A DNA stretch of 63,732 nt, counting the filler, from Lenisia limosa (taxonomy: Eukaryota; Protista; Breviatea): assembly GCA_001655205.1 (NCBI GenBank). It is 10 parts of 10 records of this genome, joined end to end, with 100 filler letters (N's around TTAATTAATTAA, not from the genome) between each part and the next. Parts side by side here need not be neighbours in the genome. Positions count along the whole stretch, not along the records: positions 39,103 to 56,344 come from LPNZ01009085.1; positions 56,445 to 58,572 come from LPNZ01006417.1; 8 more parts are not named here. The stretch is one strand, 5' to 3'. The notes beneath the pieces were generated by a model. It did no database searches. It was not told where the DNA came from and saw only the letters and a list, made by a program, of their open reading frames with translations. The position numbers and the translations under genes are program-made. Of the stretch, positions 45,135-58,370 are shown piece by piece. The first letter of the stretch is position 1; every line of letters starts with the position of its first letter.

Positions 45135-48100
45135 ATGGCCAAAGAAGGGAAAACACGCCATCAGGTATGCTTCTGTCCCTTTCTACGATTTTAAAGCAAT
45201 AATAAGCAACTATCAAAAAATACTGATAGCACTTACCCGCCTGCTACCGGCTTGTATTTATTCTACCAGATGTCGTCGATTGGAACGATCATTCCAACCT
45301 CCCCTGCAAAGTAGGTAAAATTGGTCTAGAAGGGCACATCAATTCAAATAACACCTTCTTCAAGCAGCCTTCTTGAGGAACCTTAATTTTATTACATATT
45401 GGCTGTCTTATTTCTGAAAGCAGGTGGATTTTGATATCCCCCGCCTCCATTTCATTGTTGCAGTTTAGTCAAACCCGTCTATGAGCCGAAAAACAAGCCA
45501 AGATTACCCATTGACGACTCTGAATCTAATAATGCAACAAGAGTTGAGGTCAAGGTGTGTGGAGGGAGAGGTTACGAGGAAAATGACGGGGTGTGAGGAG
45601 GTACCTTATGTTCCTTTTTTTTCAAGATATTCTGAAAAGGTACTTAAAAATTTCAACATTACTTTCTCAATTAATTATAGGAAGTCCAAATACATGTGTA
45701 TTGCTATTGAGTTGTTCATTTTTAATAATTATGTTCTTTTTAATACTGAAAGGGTAGAACAGGGATCAATTTATTCACAAGTTGTTCACAAAGCAGAGAA
45801 GTAACAATTATCATCTTTGTCCATTTCAACTGCAATGATGATTTTGTTTGAGGGTCGTGAAGCTTCTCAAACCTTAGCAGTATATACTATTCTTAAATCA
45901 AGTAATCTTTTTTAATAGATTTCTCCATTTTTAACACTTTTCAGCTTCTTTCTGGTTATGGTTGCCATTTCTGTTATCGTCATTGTATTCAGTTTCCACC
46001 ACCTGGAGGGAAACAAAGATTTCATGTTTGACAGTCTTGAGGGGTTTCACTTTTGCAAAAGGCATTTGGACAGTTTTCAAGAGGGTTTTTTTTGACATAA
46101 TCAACATTATTAAAATGATGATGTTGACGCCCGGCTAGATCAATGATTTTTTACGTATATTAATACATATCATATAATGATAAAATAATATGTATACAGC
46201 AGAGCAGTAGCACGGACTAATTTCTACCCTTTAGGATGGGGCAATGCAACACGATTCTGGAGTCCTTAATTGAAGATGTTGGTTCTTGTTATCTTCTTCT
46301 TTTATTCAACACTTTGAATTTGAAGATATATTAATATGGCGGTTTTTGCACCCAAATATTTCCTTGCGCTACTTGCCTGAACTCTATATTTCAATCTTCT
46401 GTTTACCCTTACTCCCAACTTTATCAAACGAGAAGCTCATTTTGTAGTTGGTCAGTAAAATTGGAACATCCATCAAACAGCAAACTGAGACCCTTTTCAA
46501 AGTTAGTTTCTTGGGCTTCACTTCAGAACAAAAACAAGATATATTGATCCCTTCACAGACCTTGTTATAGTTCTGCTCTTTGTGTCAATTGGATAAAGGC
46601 ATTTTAGGATCCTGTCGATGTTTTGAACCGAATGGCAAGTCTACGAAACATTAACTCACTGTCCATCCACCGTAATACCGACGCCGCATTGTCGTCTTTA
46701 TGGGCGTTTGGGGGGGGGGGGNNNNNNNNNNNNNNNNNNNNNNNNNNNNNNNNNNNNNNNNNNNNNNNNNNNNNNNNNNNNNNNNNNNNNNNNNNNNNNN
46801 NNNNNNNNNNNNNNNNNNNNNNNNNNNNNNNNNNNNNNNNNAAAATAACATGGGTAAGACACTTTTTTATTTTCTCAGCACCAATAAAACCGCTCCTTTT
46901 GTCTAAACACGATAAAGATATCAACATGCATCTACGTTTTAATGCGATTGTAGGGTTTTACTTCAGCATAAAGGCAAGATAGACGGAGTTGGTTTCTTAG
47001 GTGAGCAAATTTGGGCGCTTTATTTATCCTCTATTGGTGTGGTACCTTCTTTTTTGTACCCTTTCTCGTTCTTTGTATCATGAGCTCTCTCCCTTTATGA
47101 GTTGACTTGTTTAGAGCACAAACGATTTGCCGGCTATCAGCTGGTCAATGATGAGTACATCCTATGGCTGACATACGCGAACTCTACCACGCCGCCACCA
47201 GGATGCGAATGGTGTCAGCCATCCAACGTGGGGAGGGGGAGACCGGATCCATTTCGATATTATTCAGTCTAGATTCCAACTTTTGACAACGTCTCACCTT
47301 GTAGTCCTACCCGCTGCTCCAGTTTTACAAGGTCGACTACCATGGTAAACCGCTATCGTCCACACCTTTCGCAACGCAAAATTTTGATATGAACGTAAAG
47401 TGAGCTAAGCGGCTTTTGTATTACCCCTTCAGTGTTTCTTCCGTTTTTTTAACGACTTAGTTCTCTCGTCTCTCGCGGTTACCAAGATCCTAAAATGGTG
47501 AGTCTACTTTGCCCTATTTGATCATTACTCCTTCCATTTTATATCATAATCATTTTCCTGGTCACGCTCCAATGAATTTAAGACGCTACAGAAGTGACTA
47601 GTTTAGATTTTTTTTTTGTATTCTATCATGTATAGGTGACCCCCCAAAACCGCGAGCACTACCGAAACCGCGAGTGCTTTTTGAAAATACTGATTTTTAT
47701 TAGTGTTGCCTATAAAAAAAAACTCAAAATTTAACCCTGTAAAAGAGAGATACGTTTTAAAATATAAAATGTTCATTCTTACACTCAGTTCCTTGTTGAA
47801 TCAATAATTGTCTTACTCTTTTAGTGGCCATTGTGACCACATTAAACCAAGTTTCGGATTTTGATTTCAAACTCCCCATGTGGGATTGGGGTTCATTTAA
47901 ACTGCTGCATATATTTAATCACATCTTTTGGTAAAAGTGTATTGATATCCCAGGTCGTACAGACAAAAAGGTCACCTCTTCGAAGTAACACAACTTCAGG
48001 TATGCGTACCATCTCATCTGAAGAGCCATACTGTGTTTTATTGTAAAACCCTAGATATATTTGCTCATTTCCAGACGGCAGTAAATGAGCAAATACGCAT

Positions 48101-50380
48101 GGCCCATTGTGCGACTGCTACCTGCCTGTTGCTGTACAAAACATAATATCAAACAGAAACAATCCTTTGCTGGTGTGTTGTGCCTGTTTTTTTTAAAAAG
48201 TTATCCTGTTTTGTCTCGTCTTTTTAAGCACTTATTATTGTAGAAAGGGTTGCGACCACAGGAGTTTTCCCTTATTGTTGCCCGAACGATTGGCATTGAT
48301 GAAATTGCCACTTCTTTATCCCCTGCTGAAACCACTACAGTTTGCTGGAGAGGGCTGAGGATTATCTTGAAAATAAAACACTATTTTTTATATTATTTTT
48401 TTTTATTTCTGGAGTTACTCTATTCTCACCATTTCTGATATATTGTTGAACTAATGTGCTCTAGATAGTAAATACTTTTATGAGTTCTTTCACCGAAATC
48501 ATTGAAAAGGCTGAAGGATTTATCATTTCGTGAGAGGGTGGAAAAACTCAAAAGTATGTATAAGTATAGTGAAATACTCTTAATTATATGTGACACAAAG
48601 TTCCTTTTAACGGACTTGCAGAATCCTTTAACGGACTTGCAGGGTTATGAACACACGGTTCACAGCTGTGTTCAACTCGCCCGTTGTTCAAAGCGAACAT
48701 GTCGCAAAGGCAGTCGCCGCAGCAATGCATTTGATCAAGAAAGCCGAGAAACTGTCCAGGATCGNNNNNNNNNNNNNNNNNNNNNNNNNNNNNNNNNNNN
48801 NNNNNNNNNNNNNNNNNNNNNNNNNNNNNNNNNNNNNNNNNNNNNNNNNNNNNNNNNNNNNNNNNNNNNNNNNNNGATGATGTAGAGGGGGTAAGGAAGC
48901 AGGATTGAAGCTGGGGATGAAGGCGTGATGATGCAAAAGGTAAAGACTGATTTGGACTTTGTCATTGACTCTTTAGAATGAAATCAAGGGAGTCTCTCAA
49001 GAATTTTCTATGCAGTGGGTTGAGTATATTGAATGCCACATTCTGTGATTTTTTATTCCCTTCAGAATCGGAGTTACTCTTGAACGGGGAATGTCAGGCA
49101 ACATTGGTGAGCACAGAGAATTTTCAAGGAATTCAATACTTGTCGAATATCCCCACCTCAATCTTCAGGAACCCTAACAAATGGCTTCTTTGGTACGCTT
49201 GGCCCCTCAACAGAAGTTGCAATGAGCCTTTGCGCTCTTTGTTCTTACTACAAAGTGGGTCTCTGTATTTTTTCAAAAAAAACCTCAGTGTGGAGTTTGT
49301 GTGTTTGCCTGGGGAAATGTTATGCATGCTGGAGTGACGGGATGCGGTGCTGCAGAAGTGATTGACTAGGGCTTTATTTGTTGTTGTTTTCAACCCTTCG
49401 TGTCTCAAGCCAAAAAAGTTGATTTTGGGCTTTTTGGCTGTTTTATTGTTGTATTTTCCATTTTTACCCCCCTTCCCTCTCCAGGTGAATATTCTGACTT
49501 GTACTCAAGCTGCTCTTCTGTCAAAACGGCACATTCTGTTCCGTTGTGTTGATAAGGTTGGTGTGTAAGTTTACCCTATGTATTGAATGCTGGTACTCTT
49601 CTATAGTGGGTACATTTGATTGCCACTTCTTCCCTTTTATACCCCCCCCCCCTTGCAGGTGAAATACGAGTCCTTCAACGGCCTTATCTACCAGCCTCTT
49701 GGAGCATTATCTTCCCAACATACCATCAAATTAGTGCATAGCTACCACAACCTCCTCCAAGTTTGAAAAAGATACATATCATTGTCCTTCTCTCTACTTT
49801 TGGCAGGAACCCTGCCCAATCATCAGGTTGTTGAAGGTTCTCATTTCGTAGGCCTATTGGGAAGCAGAAGAGGGAACTTTCGACCCACTACTGCAGTCAA
49901 TCATTGACCATGAGGAGGCTTATGGGGAGGTTTGTGCGGGACGCTTTTTCGGAGAATTAGTTGTTAGTGAGTTAATTTGATAGTCATGCTGTTGTTGCTT
50001 TTCAGTATGTTAAAGAATATATCTTATCATATCTTATTGATTACCCATGAGAGTTTTCAAATGATTAGGCAACAGAGTTGATTTTGTGGGTTTTGTTTCA
50101 CCCGCCACACTCTAGGATGGGCCATGCGATAGTTTACGCAAAAGAGTCCAAAGGTTCATTGATTGTCCGCCTCGAGTTGATGGTGAGCGTTGGTTTGGAA
50201 CTTCAGGACCCCGCCAGTTTTTTTTATTATAGCAATGGCATTCAACTGTATGTGGTATTGATTTGAATTCTTTTTGCGTAACTGTTTTGATGAAGTGCCT
50301 CAAACCTTTGGACTATGCGATATCCTTTTTCTCACATTTTAGAGGAGACTCCAGCCACGGTTTTCGGAATGGTGTGTTAG
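45135..50380 (+). CDS. Class III adenylate/guanylate cyclase-like protein, many exons, catalytic motifs apparently degenerate
   Basis: C-terminal exons: FTAVFNSPVVQSEHVAKAVAAAMHL; IGVTLERGMSGNIG; VNILTCTQAALLSKRHILFRCVDKVKYESFNGLIYQPLG; DGPCDSLRKRVQRFIDCPP. These follow the order MAFWNAP/IGIGIHTG..GNIG/R.LD.V.VKG..IYEL/DGPS..L..R of this family. The N-terminal exon model is uncertain. Confidence 0.6.
49333..49484 (+). mobile_element. Intronic 3' module B, long copy in the cyclase gene
   Basis: gagtgacgggatgcggtgctgcagaagtgattgactagggctttatttgttgttgttttcaacccttcgtgtctcaagccaaaaaagttgattttgggc...tttttaccccctttccctctccag|GTG. Confidence 0.85.
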
Positions 50381-50616
50381 GTACAGTAGGGTAAATATTT
50401 ATTTTTTTAATTATTTATATTTTCTTTTCAATGTAAAGAGAATTTCGATTGCTTCTCAATGTTGAGGTTCATAATTGAAAATCAAGTCAGTCGTCTTATT
50501 GTGAACAAATCTCTCTCATTCAGGACCAGATATACTATATCATATCATATATTATGAAATATTACTATTATATATTGTTACATAGTATATGACAGAAGGA
50601 TTAGGAGGTCTGCAAG

Positions 50617-53600
50617 CTAAAGAAGAGGAATTCCAGTTCCGGGCATGGCCTCGATATTGCACTAGATTGTGATGATGTGCGTGCTTCTCTTTCAAATAAG
50701 AAAAAGATCTGTCCCTCACTTCATTAACACAGTTGCAGCCCCCCCCCCTCACTTCATTAACACCTCGTTTGATTCGGAAGAAGCCGTTCTCACCCCAGTC
50801 GCTACCCCATGCTACGGATATTAGTTTTTGAGATTCTGAACAGTAAAATAGCTTGCAGTGGTGTAGAAGTCTCACAAATTCTAGGGTTATGTCTTCTATA
50901 ATTTGCAAGGGTTTACTGGATTGATCTTACGTTGCGAAATATGTCGAAATTTGAGATCAATTCGAAATGAAGACCCCCCCCCCCCAACAGTTGGCACATG
51001 TCCAGTATTTGGTGTCACCTTGCTGCCCCCATCCAACAACTCGAACGCAATGTCCGCCTGTATCGTCAGTGAGTGAGTGAGAGGTGGGGGAGTGGGATGA
51101 GAAAAGGGGTTAGATGGAACAATTAATCACACCCAACAACAAACACAGTAATACTGTACAGGAAAATATTCACACTTCTGGGTTATTATTTCACAAAAAA
51201 AAAAGTCATCAAAAGAGAAAAAAGAAAACTTATGTCGGGAAATATCAGGAGGGGGGTAGAAGAGATATCAGGAGCTTGAGGGATTATAAGCAAAGAATGG
51301 TATAAGCGCATATCATATTCATTACCAAGGGCCTCGTTTGTGGTTCTACTGTAAACGCCTGTTTTATAAGTCATCAGATCCTTGTAAACGATAAAACAAA
51401 GCTCCAGCGGTCCGTTCAGCTCAATATCGGCCTAAGGGTAGGTCATTAGCAGCTGAAGTAGAACATTAAATTGGGATGTAATTATAAAAATACACATATC
51501 GATATGGGATGTCAATACTAATGAGATATTTCTGGAATTATAGGGAACCCAAAATGGATAAAACACCACCCACCATGATATCTTCCTCATCAGCACCAGG
51601 GGTGTAGACTTTACTGTAGCGGAAGCGTCGGATTTGAGAGTCATCACCGGGGCAATAGTCCACACAGGTGTCGTCCGCTTCTTCGTAGGGCTGACACGCG
51701 CCTGATGATACACCAAAGTCACGCAGATGGTAGTGTGCGTAATCTGTAGAGTTAGACATGCTACGCAGTGATTATGATACTAGAGATAAATTTCTCTATT
51801 TAGAACATTTGTTTATTGTCATCTTTCTTTTTTCTATGATACTATATAGCTAATACATATAATAGTACATATGCTAATACATATAATAGTATACATATAA
51901 AATATAATATTATATAGTATATAGTATGTATCTTACCTCCCCCAAATCACCATCAAATCCTCCCTTGCAGGAATTATCACGCGGGTCGCAATTCAAAATG
52001 TCTTGAACAGAGAGGTCTGTTGCAAAGCTTCCTGGAACAATGAAACCCCATTCCAGAGAAGTTACATGGAAAAAGGGTACCATTTTGGAGGATTTGTGAC
52101 TATTGGATAAAATCAACTTTAGTCGCAAAATGACTCTCCCATTGTTCGTTGCGAAACAGTCTTCTTTGCTTTCACAAGCTTTCAATATCATAGTCTTTTT
52201 CTTTGTTTCATAACCTGCCCCATACCTTGAGATGCGATGCAGAAGCGATCGGTCATTGAGTTGACAGCTCCAAATGCCCTAAGACTTGAGTACATTCCGG
52301 AATGCAATAAAGAACAATTCAATACTAAAGCGGCACACATATTAAGATGAAGAAGATATTCTTCACCCCTACTCACCAGCAAGATCCACACTTGCCTTGG
52401 TCTCTGATTTTAGCAATAGAGCTACACTGTGGCCATTCATATCGGGCGTCAAAATGGGGACTTGGAGCTGAACGCCGCAGTTGCATAGATGACTGGAATT
52501 CTGGAAGAGTAAAATGGAAATGTCTGAAAAAAAAGAATATCTCGGGGCAAAATAGAATTTTGGATATTCATCAAGGTAAGCCTGGAGAACTGAAAGAAGC
52601 CACTATCATTTACACTTTTTTGCCACATACCAAAATTGGCTGTTCTTCCATTCCAGCCAAGAAGTCTCTTGGCATCGGCAATGGAAAGTCCTTCAAATCT
52701 CTTATTGACTCCTAGGGCTTGAGTACTACATCCCATGGTTGTGTTGACAGTGGAGTTTATATTTTGCAAATTTGAAGACTTCTCCTCTGCCCCCCCCCCC
52801 CCCCNNNNNNNNNNNNNNNNNNNNNNNNNNNNNNNNNNNNNNNNNNNNNNNNNNNNNNNNNNNNNNNNNNNNNNNNNNNNNNNNNNNNNNNNNNTGTTCA
52901 CCATCTCGAACTCCTCAAGAGCATCAAACTGTTCGGGAAGATTGGAAAGGACCTATGAAATGAGGTCAAATGGAAAGAGGATTAATCTTAATGAAGGAGA
53001 AATATTAAATACAAGTTGAGAATGTGTCTCACATTCACAATGTGAAAAAAACAAGAAAAAATATATTGGAAAATAATGCCCCCTAGTCCCACATCTGCCT
53101 TGTCTGCAGGCTTGTTGACCTGGTAGCAGCCGTACTATGTAGAAGTGAATAAGTAATGGCTGAAACCATCAACATTTGTATCAGGCTGAACTTGTATATC
53201 TTGAAAAAAGCGCAATAAGAATAAGGATAATCATCATCATTTAAAGTTTCATACCGCGGGCAATGCAAATTCCGTTTCGGAAAAGACAGGTGTTGTGAAC
53301 TTTCCGAAATGCATCCGAATTATGGCACCCTAAATGATTGTGTTTATTGTGATACGCAGTTACAAGAATGCTGGGAGTAAAAAAAACAGGAAACAAGTTG
53401 AAATCATAATGCTAGTTAACTAGATTAAACCCCCCTACTGTAGCCAGTTTGTTGTCGTGAGCAACGGGGTTACCTTGGTTGACATACCAAATACTTGACA
53501 TGTTTCGCTCTGTGATCTGAATGCATCAACCAAAAAGAGATTTGAATCAATATTGGTTTAATAAAACCTTGTACAACAAGGCACGTAAAGCTCACATGGT

Positions 53601-54841
53601 GTTCATAAACGTCGCACCAAATATTGTCCATCTTCTCTTTGTCAGTATTAACTGCATCTTCTTCAACGTGCATGCGAGCAACAGAAACATCTGAAGATGT
53701 TATCAGGAGAACGTATTCGATAGTTATTATGACGTTGTCTTAACCAACGCTGTATTCCTAGTTTTCTCTTCATAAAATAAAGAGCGCATGAATGGATCAA
53801 TTCCTGTTAATTATAAAATGATCGCTCTCGAACTCACCCCCCCCCCCCACTAAAGGCATCGTATTGGCAGGTTCTGCGGTCAAAAAATTCAAAGTCTACA
53901 GCTTGTCCACCAACTACAGCTCCCTAAACGATAGAAAAGGCTCATAAGTGGGAGAATTTCATCAACTTAAATAGTTAACTGTTATGGTGGTGATGGTTCC
54001 TGTCTGATACTATTAGCACGTCCCCCAGCATACTTTGATAATAGCAGCGTCCTTGTTGAGAACATTTTTCTGATTTGTCAATTTGAAATTAATTGCCGTT
54101 TAATTTCACACGTGGAGGAGGTGCAGGAATAAACACCAAAATGTAACAATTCAAAAAAGATATCCTTGTTAGTCAAGAAAACTGATATTTTAAATCCATT
54201 ATAATAATAAAAACCATACAGTGACAATGGTAAGTCGACCGATAATTAGGACAGAATCAGGATTCACATGTGATAGATGAATACATATTACATACTATGT
54301 ACTCCATAGTTTCAAATATTTACACAGCTTAAAGGGGTACAGTTGATTGAAATAACAGCAAACGCCAGCAAACCAGATGGCCTGATATTTTTGTTGACTG
54401 CTGCAGAAACGAATAAGAAAGCCAGTAGCCAGGGTTGGATGTTGATTGTCCGTCAGGCTGCGGGAGGTGGCGGGGTAAATAACTTAGAACAGTTAACTCA
54501 ATTAGCAAAATATTACAACAGCACATGCTGGAAGGATGGGGGAGGATGGAGGCGGGTTGTTTGTAAAACAAACAAAACAATAAAAAAACAACCCNNNNNN
54601 NNNNNNNNNNNNNNNNNNNNNNNNNNNNNNNNNNNNNNNNNNNNNNNNNNNNNNNNNNNNNNNNNNNNNNNNNNNNNNNNNNNNNNNNNNNNNNNNNNNN
54701 NNNNNNNNNNNNNNNNNNNNNNNNNNNNNNNNNNNNNNNNNNNNNNNNNNNNNNNNNNNNNNNNNNNNNNNNNNNNNNNNNNNGGTTACAGACTGCCCAG
54801 CTTAGGAAGCCAATGAAGACGAAGAGGAGTGTTCCCCTCAT
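50617..54841 (-). CDS. Papain-family (C1A) cathepsin B/C-like cysteine protease with a signal peptide and a long N-terminal extension
   Basis: Signal peptide [18 protein letters not shown]; [41 protein letters not shown]; [10 protein letters not shown]; [22 protein letters not shown]; [11 protein letters not shown]...[30 protein letters not shown]. Catalytic Cys, His and Asn are present. Confidence 0.92.
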
Positions 54842-55066
54842 CTTGGTGGATACTAGGTATATATATAACTGGACACCAAACTGACAACTTGAACTTTGAA
54901 CTTGAACTTTGAACTTAAATGCATCAATAATCTGGGGGTGTATACAACCCAGGAAACAGAAGTCTCCGAATATAGCACAAAGAAATCACACACAAACCCA
55001 ACCCTCCTTGGGGTTATATAAAACTACAACAAAAAAAAATAAAAAAATACAAGACGCTTCATTGCC

Positions 55067-56260
55067 TCATGGGCTTTGCGCTGACTCCGCGCTGCTTTTT
55101 CTTTCCTCGTCCATCCTTCTTCTTGCCAGATCATAATCATTCACTTCTCTTCCAATTCTCGTCAATATTCTCTCTTCCATCTTCTTTCTTCTTCCATTTC
55201 CTTGCATTCTTCCAGTATGTGAGTAGTACCTCTTACCACATACCATGCATCTTCTTTTATCTTCTGCGTTCTTCCTTCTTCCTTCTTCATTTAATCTCAA
55301 CTCCCTCTCTTTTCGTTCTTCATCTTCTTCCTCCCCTTTCTTCTCTTTCTCCAAATAGTTGCGGGTACTCATCTTTCTTCTCTTCCTCTTCTTTTCCTCC
55401 ACATATCCATACCACTTCTCTCAGCGACTTCTTCTCAATTGCAGCCTTCTTCCATCTTCTTCTCATTTCTTTCTTCATCAACTTCCTCATTGCTTCTTCA
55501 CCTTTCATTCCCATGCCTGCCAATATGCGGAATACGCCCTGCCAAAAAAGTTACACAAAAAACAAGAAATTTCAACCCTCCGTGTTATTAAGTTTGAATA
55601 ATGTGTATAATCTGAATCTAGTTTTGAAACCTCCGGTTTGGGTTGATATTGCCTTTGGTAATTGTTTGATATGAAAATTGATTGGTTGAGACTTGCAGTT
55701 ATATGAAGGGTTGGGATCTGTTTCTGATGGTCAAATTTTTCTTTTGTTCTATTATCATCTTCTCCATCTCCCGGCCAAGGCGGCTCCCGGCGGCCATCTC
55801 TCACACCAATACTTACTTATTCCCCCCCCCCCTNNNNNNNNNNNNNNNNNNNNNNNNNNNNNNNNNNNNNNNNNNNNNNNNNNNNNNNNNNNNNNNNNNN
55901 NNNNNNNNNNNNNNNNNNNNNNNNNNNNNNNNNNNNNNNNNNNNNNNNNAAAAGAACTAACGATGCTTAAATTATGGAGTGCCGGTTCACGGTCGTCAAC
56001 GGAGAGGCTGATGTCTCTGCGAACGACGAAGACAACTCATCCATTGAAGGCGATAATTCGATGCGATTGGCCGAGAACGTAACCGCATATACCCACAGTA
56101 AACATGATAAATAATAATAGCCCCAAATAGAATTCCAAAACACAGAAGCAAAACTAGGTAAATAAGGGCTGAGTCCGACTTCCTCCATCCTCAGCAAGAA
56201 GTTCTTTGTTCCAACGAAGGAAGTTTTCCACCCAAAGTTGCATGCGTGCCTACAAGGTGA
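55067..56260 (-). CDS. Probable K/E/R-rich coiled-coil protein gene (fragmentary, structure unresolved)
   Basis: The minus strand is purine-rich and gives EEKKRKRRK...EERKERELRLNEE and ARMQLWVENFLRWNKELLAEDGG, with candidate short GT-AG introns. Confidence 0.35.
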
Positions 56261-56907
56261 GGTAAATATTAATGCGTCAATAAAACACAACAGGAGGGAT
56301 AGGGAATGATTTCTTTAATCTCTGCCAATAATGATATTTCCTCANNNNNNNNNNNNNNNNNNNNNNNNNNNNNNNNNNNNNNNNNNNNTTAATTAATTAA
56401 NNNNNNNNNNNNNNNNNNNNNNNNNNNNNNNNNNNNNNNNNNNNGTTCAGTCGTCGGGATAATTCCGCAGGGTAATTTTTCGTATGAAACAGCTCTAACA
56501 TGCACATTTTAAAAATGAGTAAAAAGGCCTGGAATGTGCCTAACCGAGGCTATATGAGTCCAATAGTGCAAAAACTAGACAATGGTGCAGTGCTGGATGT
56601 ACGTACTTGACGGGAAATATGTAAATTTCTCAAATAGTATGTTTAAACCCCAAAAAAATAAAAAATAAATGTTGAAGCCAAAAAGCTCCAAAATTGGAAC
56701 AACCTCGGGAGTCGGGAAAATGGTCATTTAATAAAATTTCTATCCGAGACTAGTTTATATGAAAAACTACCCTAGGAAATTATCCAGAAGGGTGTTTTTC
56801 AAAACTGAACACATGGCTTCGAATTATTGTGAAAAACAAAACAACAACTGAACCACCTTAAGCCGATTATTAACTTTTAAGAAATTTTCCATTCTTTAAT
56901 TCTGTAG

Positions 56908-58370
56908 GTAATCGCCTCAAATATCATGCAGGCAAATGCTATCAAACAAAGCCTTCCAGAAGAAGATCGTAATACGGTTTGTGGGGTTTTCCCGGTTCAG
57001 TTGCCTTGATTTTTTGGTCATACTGCAGATTTGTTCCGGTGCTCGGTTTGGTCATTTTATAGTTATTTTTACAATGTTGTAGATTGAGGTGAAGACTGTG
57101 ATGGGAATGCAAGGGCTTCAGGCTCAGGTAAGCTTGTCGCACTCTGAGGAATTTTAGGAAATTCTTGTTTTGCGTTCCTTTCATTTTACACCTGTAATAT
57201 TTATGATATACTTCTCATTTTTTGTTACTTCCGAAGGTGGTTCTGATTGCTACCACACGAGCAGGGAAAATGGCGCAGAAGAGAATTGAACTTGACAGAA
57301 AAAGAAAAACTGGCTTCTTGACCAATGTATGTTTGGAACTGTGACTGCTTTTATTGCATTTTTGAATCTGTATGATTTCATTCATTTTTTTATTTTCTTG
57401 TCCATGCACCGTTGAGTTGTTTTCAACATATTTATCAACATATGAGATGAATATTTAAAAGCCTTTAATTGCGTTACAATACCTCCACCAACAAAAAAAT
57501 TGAGATATCACCACGCAGATCAAAAACTTCAACACGGCGGTGAGCAGAGCAAGAATCGGAGTAATTGTGTTCGCTGAAGAAGACGCTATTCACGCTGCTG
57601 ACCCCTTCTTCAAGGTAAATATCCGATATACTTGTTTTTATTACTGTTTTTCAAACATAAGAACCACTATGGTAACTCTATCCACCATCTTACAATTTAG
57701 ACATTTGCTGCTAGGCGTCCCAGTATTCGGAAGGTTTCAACTCAAACTTCGGAACCCCCTTAACACTCAGTCGGTTTCGCAGTTTAAAGACAATTATAAA
57801 AAAAGAAACAAATTGAAATCATTGTTTTTTACTACCCATCAAAATCTTATCACCGTTATTACTTTGAAAATTATTATTTTTGCATTAAGTTTAGTGATTG
57901 TTCAATAATAATACCCCCAGCCGAGAAGCCCTATTCCCTCGAGCCGGAAATTACGTCAGAGAGCGTTTCGAGTGCCATCATTGTCGGATACGCGAAGGCC
58001 AAGGAACAGATCAAATCGTCTTCTGTAGGGTGTTTCGACGGTCAAAACTGTGTTAATTTGTTTTGGAAGTTGTTAATGTTAATACTTCATCATATGTCAA
58101 GGATCATATTATTACATATAAATTATTTGTTATACTCCTTGTGATGTTGATTTCTGATTTCATATGTGTACGTAGACTTTATTCAAGAANNNNNNNNNNN
58201 NNNNNNNNNNNNNNNNNNNNNNNNNNNNNNNNNNNNNNNNNNNNNNNNNNNNNNNNNNNNNNNNNNNNNNNNNNNNNNNNNNNNNNNNNNNNNNNNNNNN
58301 NNNNNNNNACCGATGAGTACCCTGTCTTTGAAGAACATGCCTACAAGTGTTCCCGCTCGTTTGGGGGTTT
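56908..58370 (+). CDS. Upf1-like SF1 helicase C-terminus (AAA_12), MOV10/Armitage/SDE3-like, partial
   Basis: IEVKTVMGMQGLQAQVVLIATTRA...ELDRKRKTGFLTNIKNFNTAVSRARIGVIVFAEEDAIHAADPFFK, compared with MOV10 VGSVEEFQGQERSVILISTVRS...[34 protein letters not shown].W. Confidence 0.7.

Noticed and set aside
55069-55674. 201-aa plus-strand F/S/L-rich ORF
   Set aside because: It is the antisense of a purine-rich K/E/R-coding tract and a compositional artefact.
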